Source: a phage
Length of the DNA stretch: 64,000 bases
Direction: 5' to 3' (one strand)
Sequence record: PZ154897.1
Below are positions 11,763 through 21,598 of this stretch, piece after piece. Every line of letters begins with the position of its first letter. Position 1 is the first letter of the stretch. A model generated the notes under the pieces. That model was not told where the DNA came from, made no database searches, and saw only the letters and a program-made list of their open reading frames with translations. A program made the translations under genes and the position numbers.

Positions 11763-14026
11763 TACAATTTACACGCTGCGCAATCATCGGCTTTTGGAGT
11801 TTCTATTTCGTAATCATCAGTACCGGAACCATCACGAGTATTATGATAATAGAAGTTTTTAATGCCATAATACCATCCGTATAGCATGTCATCAATCATT
11901 ATTGACATTGGAACCTTTCCTTTTGGAAAAATCTGCGGGTCATAATATGTATTTGCTGAAGCTGATTGACATACCCATTTAAGCATAATAGCTACCTGCG
12001 TAAGATAAGGTTTATTACCTTTCTTAGCTAATTTCCATGTATAATCATATAGGTCTATGTTATGTTCAATATTGGGCACGACTTGATTAAAGGAACCCTC
12101 TTTTGATTCTTTAACAGAGACTGGTCCACGTGGAGGCTCGATACCGTTTGTACTGTTAGAAACTTGGGAAGATGACTCACATGGCATAAGTGCTGATAAT
12201 GTGCTATTACGGATGCCAAAGAGCTTAAGGTCTTCCCGCAGCGCCGACCAGTCACAAACGTATTTTGGAGCTGCGATTTGGTCAATCTTTTTATTGTACC
12301 AGTCGATAGGTAATTCGCCTCGAGACCAACGAGTGTCTGAATAATATTCGCAAGGTCCTTTTTCTTTGGCGAGCTTAATGGATGCTTTAATGAGTCCATA
12401 CTGTAATCTCTCAAATAGTTCATGTGTTAAATCGTTAGCATCTTCATAAGAAGCAAAGTTACTTGCCAGCCAAGCTGCATAGTTGGTAACACCTACACCA
12501 AGATTTCGACGCTTTTTAGCTTTTTCTGCTTCAGGAACTGGATATCCTTGGTAATCCAAAAGATTATCAAGAGCACGAACTTGAACTTCTGCTAATTCAT
12601 TAATTTTATCTTGGTCTTGCCAATCGAAGTTATCCAACACAAATGCAGATAACGTACACAATCCAATTTCGGCATCAGGACTATTCACATCATTTGTTGG
12701 AATAGCAATTTCACAGCACAAATTACTCTGACGAATAGGTGCCTTTTCACGAATAAATGGAGTATAGTTATTCGTATTATCAATGAACTGTACATAAATC
12801 CTTGCTGTTCCTGATCGTTCAGTCATGAGTAGTTCAAACAGTTCACGTGCTTTAATACGCTTTTTACGAATATTAGGGTCTTTTTCTGCGGCTTCATATA
12901 ATTCACGGAAACGGTCTTGGTCTTTAAAATAAGAATAATAAAGCTCGCCACCCATTTCATGCGGACTGAACAAAGTAATGTAGTCGTTCTTTCCAAAACG
13001 TTCCATCATCAAATCATTCAGCTGGACGCCATAATCCATATGACGGATACGGTTTTCTTCTACACCTTTGTTATTTTTCAAAACGAGAAGATTTTCAACT
13101 TCCAAATGCCAAATAGGATAATAAGCAGTAGCAGCGCCGCCACGAATTCCACCCTGTGAGCATGATTTAACAGCAGTCTGAAAATGTTTCCAAAAAGGAA
13201 TAACACCAGTATGGCGTACTTCACCTGTGCCAATCTTAGAACCTTCAGCACGAATCATACCAACGTTAATGCCAATTCCAGCTCGTTTAGAAATATATTC
13301 AACAATTGAAGCGGAAGCCTTATTGATAGACTTCAATGAATCTCCTGCCTCAATAACAACACATGAACTAAACTGTCGAGTCGGAGTACGGCAACCAGCC
13401 ATAATAGGAGTTGGCAATGAAATCTGTCGAGTAGATACTGCTTCATAAAAACGAATAACATGTTTTAATCTATCAACAGGTTCATCTTGATGCAATGCCA
13501 TTCCAATAGTCATAAATGCAAACTGTGGAGTTTCATAAATTTGACCAGTGGTTTTATCTTTAACTAGATATTTTTCTTTTAATTGCATCGCCCCGGAATA
13601 AGTAAATTCCATATCCCGCTCGTGCTTAATTTTTGATTCTAAAAATGTAATTTCTTCTGCTGAATATTTTGACAATAATTCAGGGTCGTATTTACCTTCA
13701 TTTACACAGTAAGAAATATGGTCAATAAATGAACGTGGTTCATACTGCCCATAAACATGCTTACGAAGAGCAAACATTAAACACCGTGCAGCTACGTATT
13801 GATAATCAGGCTCTTCAACCGAAATAGAATTCGCAGCAGCCTTAATTACAATGGTTTGAATGTCATCAGTGGTCATTCCATCACGGAGATATGATTTAAT
13901 ATTTTCATATAATTCATAAGGATCTACAGATGTTCCTTCAGCTGCCCAAGATAAAACTTTAATAATTTTTTGCGGGTCAAAGCTCTGAGAAACACCACTA
14001 CTTTTGATAACATTAATTAATTGCAT
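11762..14026 (-). CDS. nrdA: ribonucleotide reductase large subunit NrdA (754 aa)
   Basis: ATP-cone N-terminus, catalytic Cys motifs; same length as T4 NrdA. Confidence 0.97.
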   Translation of the reverse strand: MQLINVIKSSGVSQSFDPQKIIKVLSWAAEGTSVDPYELYENIKSYLRDGMTTDDIQTIVIKAAANSISVEEPDYQYVAARCLMFALRKHVYGQYEPRSFIDHISYCVNEGKYDPELLSKYSAEEITFLESKIKHERDMEFTYSGAMQLKEKYLVKDKTTGQIYETPQFAFMTIGMALHQDEPVDRLKHVIRFYEAVSTRQISLPTPIMAGCRTPTRQFSSCVVIEAGDSLKSINKASASIVEYISKRAGIGINVGMIRAEGSKIGTGEVRHTGVIPFWKHFQTAVKSCSQGGIRGGAATAYYPIWHLEVENLLVLKNNKGVEENRIRHMDYGVQLNDLMMERFGKNDYITLFSPHEMGGELYYSYFKDQDRFRELYEAAEKDPNIRKKRIKARELFELLMTERSGTARIYVQFIDNTNNYTPFIREKAPIRQSNLCCEIAIPTNDVNSPDAEIGLCTLSAFVLDNFDWQDQDKINELAEVQVRALDNLLDYQGYPVPEAEKAKKRRNLGVGVTNYAAWLASNFASYEDANDLTHELFERLQYGLIKASIKLAKEKGPCEYYSDTRWSRGELPIDWYNKKIDQIAAPKYVCDWSALREDLKLFGIRNSTLSALMPCESSSQVSNSTNGIEPPRGPVSVKESKEGSFNQVVPNIEHNIDLYDYTWKLAKKGNKPYLTQVAIMLKWVCQSASANTYYDPQIFPKGKVPMSIMIDDMLYGWYYGIKNFYYHNTRDGSGTDDYEIETPKADDCAACKL

Positions 14027-14283
14027 AAGTCCTCAACTTGAAAATCGTCTTTAAACAATCGGTTAACTATATGAGCTATTATATCACCATGACACGGCTT
14101 TGGTTTACATGTGCATCCTAGCCTCATTCCACGTAAAGGCTCTAAATGTGCTTTAGTTATTTCTCCGGATTTAATTCGACGTATAAAATCTTTTTTGAAT
14201 AATTCAATGGCAGCCTCCCGGCTGCCAGCATCTTTACCGACGTAATTTCCCCCAAAATGTACCACGGTGAATATTAACATCAA
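14017..14283 (-). CDS. hypothetical protein (88 aa; nrdA.1 position)
   Basis: ORF in array. Confidence 0.5.
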   Translation of the reverse strand: MMLIFTVVHFGGNYVGKDAGSREAAIELFKKDFIRRIKSGEITKAHLEPLRGMRLGCTCKPKPCHGDIIAHIVNRLFKDDFQVEDLCN

Positions 14284-14297
14284 AGTCGGATTTGTAT

Positions 14298-14573
14298 TTA
14301 TTCACTACCTGGCATAGACGGCCCGCGCGGTGATAATTCGTCATATTGTTTTTCCGTTAAAACAGTAATATCATAGTAACAATCAGAAGAAGTTTTAACT
14401 GTGGAAATTTTATTATCAAAATACTCACGAGTCATTTTATGAGTATAATATTTTTTGCCATAAATGATAATAGGCTGTTCTGGTCCTGGAACTTCTAACT
14501 CGCTTGGATTAGGAAGTGTAAAAAGAACGACACCAGAAGTATCCTTAAATCGTAAAATCATATATCCTCTCAA
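14298..14573 (-). CDS. hypothetical protein (91 aa; nrdA.2 position)
   Basis: ORF in array. Confidence 0.5.
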   Translation of the reverse strand: MRGYMILRFKDTSGVVLFTLPNPSELEVPGPEQPIIIYGKKYYTHKMTREYFDNKISTVKTSSDCYYDITVLTEKQYDELSPRGPSMPGSE

Positions 14574-14584
14574 TTAAATTAAAA

Positions 14585-14896
14585 TTACACCGCCATCTTT
14601 CCTTTAATTGGCGGGTGAGATTCGTAACCTTTAAGAACGAAATCTTTAGGCCTGAGTTTAAGAACATATTTTAATTGTTCTTTAGTAGAAAGATAGCGGA
14701 ATTTATAAGGTAGACCACTTATTACCAGCTCACAAAGCTCTTTAGGTTCACGACGTAAAATTTCTTTACATTGTTCTACGTGATTCATATAGATATGAGT
14801 ATTACCACCAGAAAATATCAAATCTCCTGGAATAAGATTACACATCTTAGCTACAATATGAACTAACGCAGCATATGATGCAATATTAAATGGAAG
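14585..14896 (-). CDS. td: thymidylate synthase, exon 2 (103 codons)
   Basis: LPFNIASYA...HPPIKGKMAV; in-frame continuation of exon 1 after intron removal. Confidence 0.9.
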   Translation of the reverse strand, partial: LPFNIASYAALVHIVAKMCNLIPGDLIFSGGNTHIYMNHVEQCKEILRREPKELCELVISGLPYKFRYLSTKEQLKYVLKLRPKDFVLKGYESHPPIKGKMAV

Positions 14897-15158
14897 CATT
14901 ATGTTCAGATAAGGTCGTTAATCTTATCCCGGAATTATATCCAGCTGCATGTCGCCATGCAGTTCAGACTATATCTTCAACTTGTTAAAGCAAGTTGTCT
15001 ATCGTTTCGAGTCACTTGACCCTACTCCCTAAAGGGATAGTCGTTAGGCATTTATGTAGAACCAAAGTCCTACAATTTAGCACGGGATTGTCTACTAGAG
15101 AGGTTCCCCGTTTAGATAGATTACAAGTATAAGTCACCTTATACTCAGGCCTCAATTA
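14897..15158 (-). ncRNA. group I self-splicing intron in td, 262 nt, no internal ORF
   Basis: starts UAAUUGAGGCCUGAGUAUAAGGUG after exon-1 ...CUUGGGU, ends ...AUCUGAACAUAAUG (terminal G); core matches T4 td intron as recalled, with P6 closed by a short loop instead of the I-TevI ORF. Confidence 0.85.
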
Positions 15159-15706
15159 ACCCAAGAAAACATCTACAGAACGTTGATACCACTGCAAATC
15201 CAAATAGCCATTACGCACATTAAACTGATAGAACATATGACAAGGCGGTAATGCCATATATTTAAGTTCAGCTGGATTCCACGCCGACACAATTTGACGC
15301 CTATCATTCGGCAGTTTTTTAATACGATCAATAACTTCTACAATTTGGTCTACACCGCCAAAATCACGCCACTGTTTTCCATAAATTGGACCAAGTTCAC
15401 CACTATGATATCCTAAATCTTTTGCTTGATTTTCGTAATTTTCATCCCAGACTGTTTTGCCTTGAATTAATGAATCATGCTGAATTAATCGTAAATCATT
15501 TACGTTAGTACTTCCTGACAAAAACCAAAGGAGCTCAGCAATACAAGCTTTCCAGGCGAGCTTCTTAGTCGTTACTGCAGGAAAACCTTTAGTTAAATCC
15601 CAGCGTAATTTAGTACCGAACAGAGCAATTGTTCCTGTGCCTGTTCGATCATCAGTTTCATAACCATTTTCCAGGATATCTTTAATTAAAAATTGGTATT
15701 GTTTCA

Positions 15707-15707
<1 letters not shown>
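15159..15707 (-). CDS. td: thymidylate synthase, exon 1 (183 codons from ATG 15707; ORF track used upstream TTG)
   Basis: MKQYQFLIKDILENGYETDDRTGTGT...; exon1+exon2 = 286 aa like T4 TS. Confidence 0.9.
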
Positions 15708-16736
<1,029 letters not shown>

Positions 16737-16746
16737 ATTATTTTCC

Positions 16747-16989
16747 TTAAACAGACTTTTTCACAATTTTCCAATCAGCTTTAAACTGTTCAACGTCAGA
16801 ATGATAAATCCAGAATCCTGCGCTTTCTCCATCCTCATAAAGAGGGCATCCATCGCATTCATCTTCCCATCCCATATCACGCAAAAGATGTTCAGCTTTT
16901 TCAACGAGTTCAGAATCTTTACCGATGATATTAAAATACCATTTACCTCTAACTTCTGAATCTTTGATGCTCTGGCGTTGTAATCTCAT
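16747..16989 (-). CDS. hypothetical protein (80 aa)
   Basis: ORF preceded by early promoter. Confidence 0.45.
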   Translation of the reverse strand: MRLQRQSIKDSEVRGKWYFNIIGKDSELVEKAEHLLRDMGWEDECDGCPLYEDGESAGFWIYHSDVEQFKADWKIVKKSV

Positions 16990-17011
16990 TTTATTCTCCT
17001 TAGTTGATAGG

Positions 17012-17046
17012 GTAATAGTATCACACTACTACCCTGTTGTAAACTA
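17012..17046 (-). promoter_or_regulatory. T4-type early promoter (GTTTAC, 18 nt, gtgtgaTACTAT)
   Basis: revcomp of 17039-17044 is GTTTAC; conserved downstream TACCCTATCAACTA. Confidence 0.6.
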
Positions 17047-17424
17047 CTTTTTGAAAGTTTTTCGCAAAAGTTCAATGATTTCATCTACATTGTTTTCGTC
17101 TACAATGCAGTGAATTTTTGTTACGCCAGAAACCTTGTCTTCTATTTCATCTTCTTCAGAAGTCGGTTCTTTATACTCGCGGAAACAATGAAATTCGTCT
17201 TCGCAAATTTCTAAAAGTCTATCTTTGAGGTAAAAATGCTTTCCATTTGCGCATTCAATGTGTTTTACTGCTTTATATCCATTAGCGACGGAAACTTCTT
17301 TAACTTCAAACCATCCGCCATTATCTCGAATAGCTTTAACTATTGATGAATTAGAACGTGGGCTATAATTAATAAATGTATCAATAAGTCTTGGAACAAG
17401 TTCATATTTTCTACCAGTATACAT
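17044..17424 (-). CDS. hypothetical protein (126 aa)
   Basis: ORF in array. Confidence 0.45.
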   Translation of the reverse strand: MYTGRKYELVPRLIDTFINYSPRSNSSIVKAIRDNGGWFEVKEVSVANGYKAVKHIECANGKHFYLKDRLLEICEDEFHCFREYKEPTSEEDEIEDKVSGVTKIHCIVDENNVDEIIELLRKTFKK

Positions 17425-17444
17425 TGCGTTTTCCTCATTTTAAT

Positions 17445-17462
17445 AGGGGCTTGATAGCCCCT
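17445..17462 (-). other. intercistronic GC hairpin (AGGGGC-loop-GCCCCU)
   Basis: 6-bp GC stem between ORFs. Confidence 0.4.
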
Positions 17463-17468
17463 TGATAA

Positions 17469-17696
17469 TTACTGCTCAATAAATCCTGTGTAAAATTCTA
17501 CATCTTCAGCATCCATACCGTCACAATATTCATTAACCATAAATTGTTTAAGACGATTTAAAGGACCTTCAATAACAACTGAAACATTGCAATTAGGATC
17601 ATTTAGTGCGCTTGTAATACGGAGTTCAGGATAACGATTACGAATAATTTCTTCAATATATTCAAAATCAACAACATCAATATCAATTTTAGCCAT
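17469..17696 (-). CDS. hypothetical acidic protein (75 aa) with own SD; also forms the C-terminal part of the gene 32 read-through frame
   Basis: ATG at 17696 preceded by AAGAGGAAAA. Confidence 0.5.
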   Translation of the reverse strand: MAKIDIDVVDFEYIEEIIRNRYPELRITSALNDPNCNVSVVIEGPLNRLKQFMVNEYCDGMDAEDVEFYTGFIEQ

Positions 17697-18647
17697 GTTA
17701 TTTTCCTCTTTAATCATCATCAGCAGTATTGCCGATAGTTGTATAGTACCACAGTATGCTTTGGGGTCCGTGTCATCAGCACTAGATGAACTGCCAGAGC
17801 TTGAGCTCATAAAATCATCTTCAGTTTTTGTTTTGAAGTCATCAACATTGAATGCATCCAAATCATCAGCAACTTTATCAGCTTTCTTAGCGGCAGTTGC
17901 TGCGGCACCACCCATAGCAGCAGTTCCCATAACTTGACTGAACTTAGTGCTCAGTTCTTCAAACGATTTGAATTTATCTTTAGAAGTCATTTCAGAAAGG
18001 TCAACCATTTGTTCGAACAGTTCTTTCTGGAAAGATTCATCATCAATGTTTGGAATCGCAGATTGATTCAGGAATTTAGATTCGTCGTAGTTACTAAAAC
18101 CAGAAACTTGTTTAACTTTCAGTACAAAGTTAGCACCTTCCCACGGACAAGTTACATCAACAGGAGTTTCACCCATTTCAACATCAACTGCAATCATTGC
18201 ATTGATTTTATCCCAGATTTTCTTACCGAAACGATATTTAAATACTTTACCTTCATTTTCTGGAGCAGCTGGGTCTTTTACAACAAGAATGTTAGCCCAG
18301 TAAGAAGTTTTACGTTTAACAAGACCGTACTCTTTATTGTCAGTGTTATACAAATCATTTTTACTGATGTACTGACATACTGGACAAGAATCGTAATCAC
18401 CGTAGGTAGATGAGCATGTTTCGATATACCATTTACCATTTTTCTTGAAACCGTGATTTACAAGAAGTGCGAATGGTGCTTGTTCATCATTTTTAGACGG
18501 AAGAAAACGAATTACTGCTTGACCGTTACCCGCATTATCGAGTTTCAGTTTCCACTCGCCTTTATCTTCAGAAGAAAAACCACCTTTATTTCCAGCCAGT
18601 TTAGCCATTTGTGCAGCGAGTTCAGCAGTAGATTTACGTTTAAACAT
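17469..18647 (-). CDS. 32: single-stranded DNA-binding protein gp32; frame lacks a stop at the T4 position and continues to 17469 (392 aa)
   Basis: residues 1-294 match T4 gp32 through ...SSSSADDTD; the last 8 codons and stop of T4 (LDDLLNDL*) are absent and replaced by a promoter-like repeat. Confidence 0.85.
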   Translation of the reverse strand: MFKRKSTAELAAQMAKLAGNKGGFSSEDKGEWKLKLDNAGNGQAVIRFLPSKNDEQAPFALLVNHGFKKNGKWYIETCSSTYGDYDSCPVCQYISKNDLYNTDNKEYGLVKRKTSYWANILVVKDPAAPENEGKVFKYRFGKKIWDKINAMIAVDVEMGETPVDVTCPWEGANFVLKVKQVSGFSNYDESKFLNQSAIPNIDDESFQKELFEQMVDLSEMTSKDKFKSFEELSTKFSQVMGTAAMGGAAATAAKKADKVADDLDAFNVDDFKTKTEDDFMSSSSGSSSSADDTDPKAYCGTIQLSAILLMMIKEENNMAKIDIDVVDFEYIEEIIRNRYPELRITSALNDPNCNVSVVIEGPLNRLKQFMVNEYCDGMDAEDVEFYTGFIEQ

Positions 18648-18700
18648 TTTTATTTCCTTTTTTAATTTAATTAACAGTTGGTGCTATGACACTTTACCTC
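18648..18700 (-). promoter_or_regulatory. gene 32 translational operator / AU-rich leader
   Basis: minus strand ...UUAAUUAAAUUAAAAAAGGAAAUAAAAAUG, the classic gp32 autoregulatory leader. Confidence 0.65.
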
Positions 18701-19331
18701 ATAGCTGGCATAATTCGCAATACTCTGGGTCTTCGAGAGGTATCCAACCTGAGTTGAAATACTTTACCATCGATTTAGCAGTTGTATCAGTTATATTTAT
18801 ATTACCTTTAACTCTTCGCCATCCAGGAGTTTTACCGTACAGATTAGAGGATAATAATAACACATAATTCTCGTAAGCAATATGAGATAATTTCCAAGAC
18901 TCTATATTAGCTCGTGATGTTTTCCAAGGTCTAAAATCGTCACGGTTCATATAATTAGCCAATCTCATATGCTCTCTAACTTCCGGGTCTTTGGCTGGAT
19001 GAGTTTCACCACTCACACCAAATCCGCCGCCAGCATATACCAGATTAAAATAGTCTGGATTATCTCTGGCATTTACTTCAAGTTGGTATTTTCGCTCTGC
19101 TTCAATAACATCCAAATCATCATCAATTTGAATTATTTTAACGCTCGGTTTTTGAAGCATTACCGCATTTAAAAATCTTTTTTGTTTGCACGAGCTCCAG
19201 TATTCCTTTCCGGAAGAGTCATATATTATTCCATTCTCAAATGAGCAATTTAATTTACTGCCGATATAGTAGTACGGCGGAGTCTTATTTTTGACACGGT
19301 CTTCAAATGTAAACCAATATACTATATTCAT
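18699..19331 (-). CDS. segG: GIY-YIG homing endonuclease, SegG-like (210 aa)
   Basis: N-terminal IVYWF...YYYIGSK GIY-YIG motif; between genes 59 and 32 as T4 segG. Confidence 0.65.
   Translation of the reverse strand: MNIVYWFTFEDRVKNKTPPYYYIGSKLNCSFENGIIYDSSGKEYWSSCKQKRFLNAVMLQKPSVKIIQIDDDLDVIEAERKYQLEVNARDNPDYFNLVYAGGGFGVSGETHPAKDPEVREHMRLANYMNRDDFRPWKTSRANIESWKLSHIAYENYVLLLSSNLYGKTPGWRRVKGNINITDTTAKSMVKYFNSGWIPLEDPEYCELCQL
18794..18801 (-). promoter_or_regulatory. candidate late promoter TATAAATA about 150 nt upstream of gene 32
   Basis: exact TATAAATA on minus strand inside segG 3' end. Confidence 0.35.
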
Positions 19332-19332
19332 A

Positions 19333-19986
19333 TCAATACTTACAAGATTTCACAGTTTCAATGAAAACACTTTTAGCTTTCTGTGAATCAATATTTAAAA
19401 TTTTTCTATAAGCTTTTAACTTTATAGAATAATTATTCCAGACTAAATTATCAGTCTGTTCATCATGTTTATCGATTATATTTAAAAACGAATCAAGCAA
19501 GATAAACGTCTCAAACGAAATTATATTCGATTGAAGTAGTTTAAAAATATAACTTGATTGAACTTTTGGATTATACTCAAAGATTTCTTTAAAAGCAGAA
19601 ACTTCAACTTTTTTACTAAAATAATAAATGTTGCGAATATCTTCTTCAAACTTAAATTTAATTTGCTTTAAGCGTCCGATATATTCACGATAAAACACAA
19701 GTGCATCAGCGTCAGAGATGTCACCAATCCAAGCATCTTGGTTAGCAACAAGATTGCTTATAAAGATTAAGGCAAGTTCCTTTAATTTATATTTTTCTGA
19801 TAGCTTCTGGAAAAAATACTTATCCCTTCGCTTTTGATAAGCGGCATCAGACACCCGCATGCACCAATTATACTTAATTACATCATACTTTCCATTCATA
19901 TGTTGTTTTATCATTAAGTATAATTTATAAACTGATTTACCATCAATGTATCTTTCACCACCAGCAGGCATGCGGAGTTTAATCAT
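19333..19986 (-). CDS. 59: helicase loader gp59 (217 aa)
   Basis: begins MIKLRMPAGGERYIDGKSVYKLYLMIKQHMNGKYD; matches T4 gp59. Confidence 0.95.
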   Translation of the reverse strand: MIKLRMPAGGERYIDGKSVYKLYLMIKQHMNGKYDVIKYNWCMRVSDAAYQKRRDKYFFQKLSEKYKLKELALIFISNLVANQDAWIGDISDADALVFYREYIGRLKQIKFKFEEDIRNIYYFSKKVEVSAFKEIFEYNPKVQSSYIFKLLQSNIISFETFILLDSFLNIIDKHDEQTDNLVWNNYSIKLKAYRKILNIDSQKAKSVFIETVKSCKY

Positions 19987-20321
19987 AGTAGAAAATCTAA
20001 TGTATTAGTTTTTTCACAACGAACAACAGAAGGACGTAAAAGATTTTCGTCGATAGCTTCTGACTGAATTTTTTCAATTATACCCGAAGGAATAAATTTA
20101 GCAAATTGAGTTTCAGGAATAGAATTTTCTTCTAAGAATGCTGTTGTAGCTTCAAGATAACTCATTCCAAACTCTTCTACCATTTTTTCAATGATAAATC
20201 CATTTTCTTGGCGGTCAAGAAGCTTTGCTATTTCATCCTTTTCTTTCTTAATTGAAAGTTCTTTTTCTGAAAGACCGGTCTCATCGACCGGACGAATATC
20301 ATTTAGAGAAAACTGTGTCAT
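19983..20321 (-). CDS. 33: late transcription co-activator gp33 (112 aa from ATG 20321)
   Basis: MTQFSLNDIRPVDETGLSEKELSIKKEK... matches T4 gp33. Confidence 0.9.
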   Translation of the reverse strand: MTQFSLNDIRPVDETGLSEKELSIKKEKDEIAKLLDRQENGFIIEKMVEEFGMSYLEATTAFLEENSIPETQFAKFIPSGIIEKIQSEAIDENLLRPSVVRCEKTNTLDFLL

Positions 20322-20568
20322 AAAGTTCAACTACCTCTTCAGTTTCAGCTTCAAACACATCACGGTTATCTTTATGATACAAAGCTAATAGACGATTAAA
20401 CATCTTGCCATCAACGCCAAGTTCATCTTTGGCACGAATTCGAATATCTTTAATCAATTCATTATAACCAGAAATTTTCAGTTTATGATCAGATGCTTCT
20501 TTAATAAATTTAGCCAAGTCTTCGCCATGGATAGCTTCATCAAATTCAACCATTTCTTTTTTAGCCAT
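20299..20568 (-). CDS. dsbA: dsDNA-binding protein DsbA (89 aa)
   Basis: 89 aa, position between rnh and 33. Confidence 0.8.
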   Translation of the reverse strand: MAKKEMVEFDEAIHGEDLAKFIKEASDHKLKISGYNELIKDIRIRAKDELGVDGKMFNRLLALYHKDNRDVFEAETEEVVELYDTVFSK

Positions 20569-20576
20569 TATTCACC

Positions 20577-21494
20577 TCAAAATTCATTAATGCTATTAGT
20601 TAATTTAGAAAGACCCGCTTTTACAAAATATGAATAAATTTTGCCACGCGGTGGTAATTTATATGAATTATAGTAATTCACAATGTTTGAAGCAATATTA
20701 TCAGGAATATAATCAAAATCAATTAGAACTAAATTTTCTTTATACCGATTATATTCAGATTCAGTGAGAAGCACCTTAGCTTGCTCGCGGTCATTAGCAA
20801 TAGCTTCAACAATAGAGGTTTTCATTGAAGGAGTTCGTTCACCTTCAACTCTGGTAAACCAAAAGTCAGATCGTACTTTAACTGAAGCAACGTTATCCTT
20901 TTTGTCGCCTTTAAGGATTTTAGTCATACAGTCAATTTCAGCAGAACCGCTTTTAATTTTAACCCATTTCTTGTGCATCGGTGACCATTGCTTAACATTT
21001 GGGTATTTGTGAAGTTGAGTAAAGTCACCATCCGATGAAATGATTAAAATCTTGTGTCCTTCTAAAGAGAACTTTTTAACCAAAACAGCAATATGGTCAT
21101 CTGCTTCATACTTATCAATATCCATAACAATGTATGGCATATAAGCTTTCAATTCATCTATAACTTTATGACTGGATTCAAAATAACCTTCCCAATCCCA
21201 AGTAGATTCTTCTCGTGCTTTTCCACGGTTTTTCTTATAATAATAAGCGAAATCACGACGCCAGTATCCAGATTTCGCATTATCGATACACAGTACAATT
21301 TTAGTGTATCCAAGAGTTTTTGCTTTTTTGACATTAAACTTAATTGAGTTCAATATCAAATGACGAACCATTGATAAATTAATTTTTTCTTTATCTGGGA
21401 AGTTTACTAGAGCAGTTGAAAGTGCAATTTGACTAAAGTCAATTAAGCAGATTCCTTCTTTGTAATCTTCATCCAGCATCATTTCTAAATCCAT
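20577..21494 (-). CDS. rnh: RNase H / 5'-3' exonuclease (305 aa from ATG 21494)
   Basis: MDLEMMLDEDYKEGICLIDFSQIALST...; FEN-family acidic residues. Confidence 0.95.
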   Translation of the reverse strand: MDLEMMLDEDYKEGICLIDFSQIALSTALVNFPDKEKINLSMVRHLILNSIKFNVKKAKTLGYTKIVLCIDNAKSGYWRRDFAYYYKKNRGKAREESTWDWEGYFESSHKVIDELKAYMPYIVMDIDKYEADDHIAVLVKKFSLEGHKILIISSDGDFTQLHKYPNVKQWSPMHKKWVKIKSGSAEIDCMTKILKGDKKDNVASVKVRSDFWFTRVEGERTPSMKTSIVEAIANDREQAKVLLTESEYNRYKENLVLIDFDYIPDNIASNIVNYYNSYKLPPRGKIYSYFVKAGLSKLTNSINEF

Positions 21495-21519
21495 ATGAAC
21501 CTCGTTCAATTAGTGAGAT

Positions 21520-21555
21520 TTCTATTATATACCATCCGAATCTTAAAGTAAACAA
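21520..21555 (-). promoter_or_regulatory. T4-type early promoter for rnh
   Basis: revcomp of 21548-21553 is GTTTAC; -10 TATAAT-like. Confidence 0.55.
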
Positions 21556-21556
21556 G

Positions 21557-21564
21557 TATAAATA
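21557..21564 (+). promoter_or_regulatory. late promoter TATAAATA for gene 34
   Basis: exact TATAAATA 35 nt upstream of gene 34 ATG. Confidence 0.8.
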
Positions 21565-21598
21565 CTTATTATTGAAAACACAATAGGAGCCCGGGAGA

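Noticed and set aside
17934-18413. 159-aa plus-strand ORF
   Set aside because: Antisense within gene 32.
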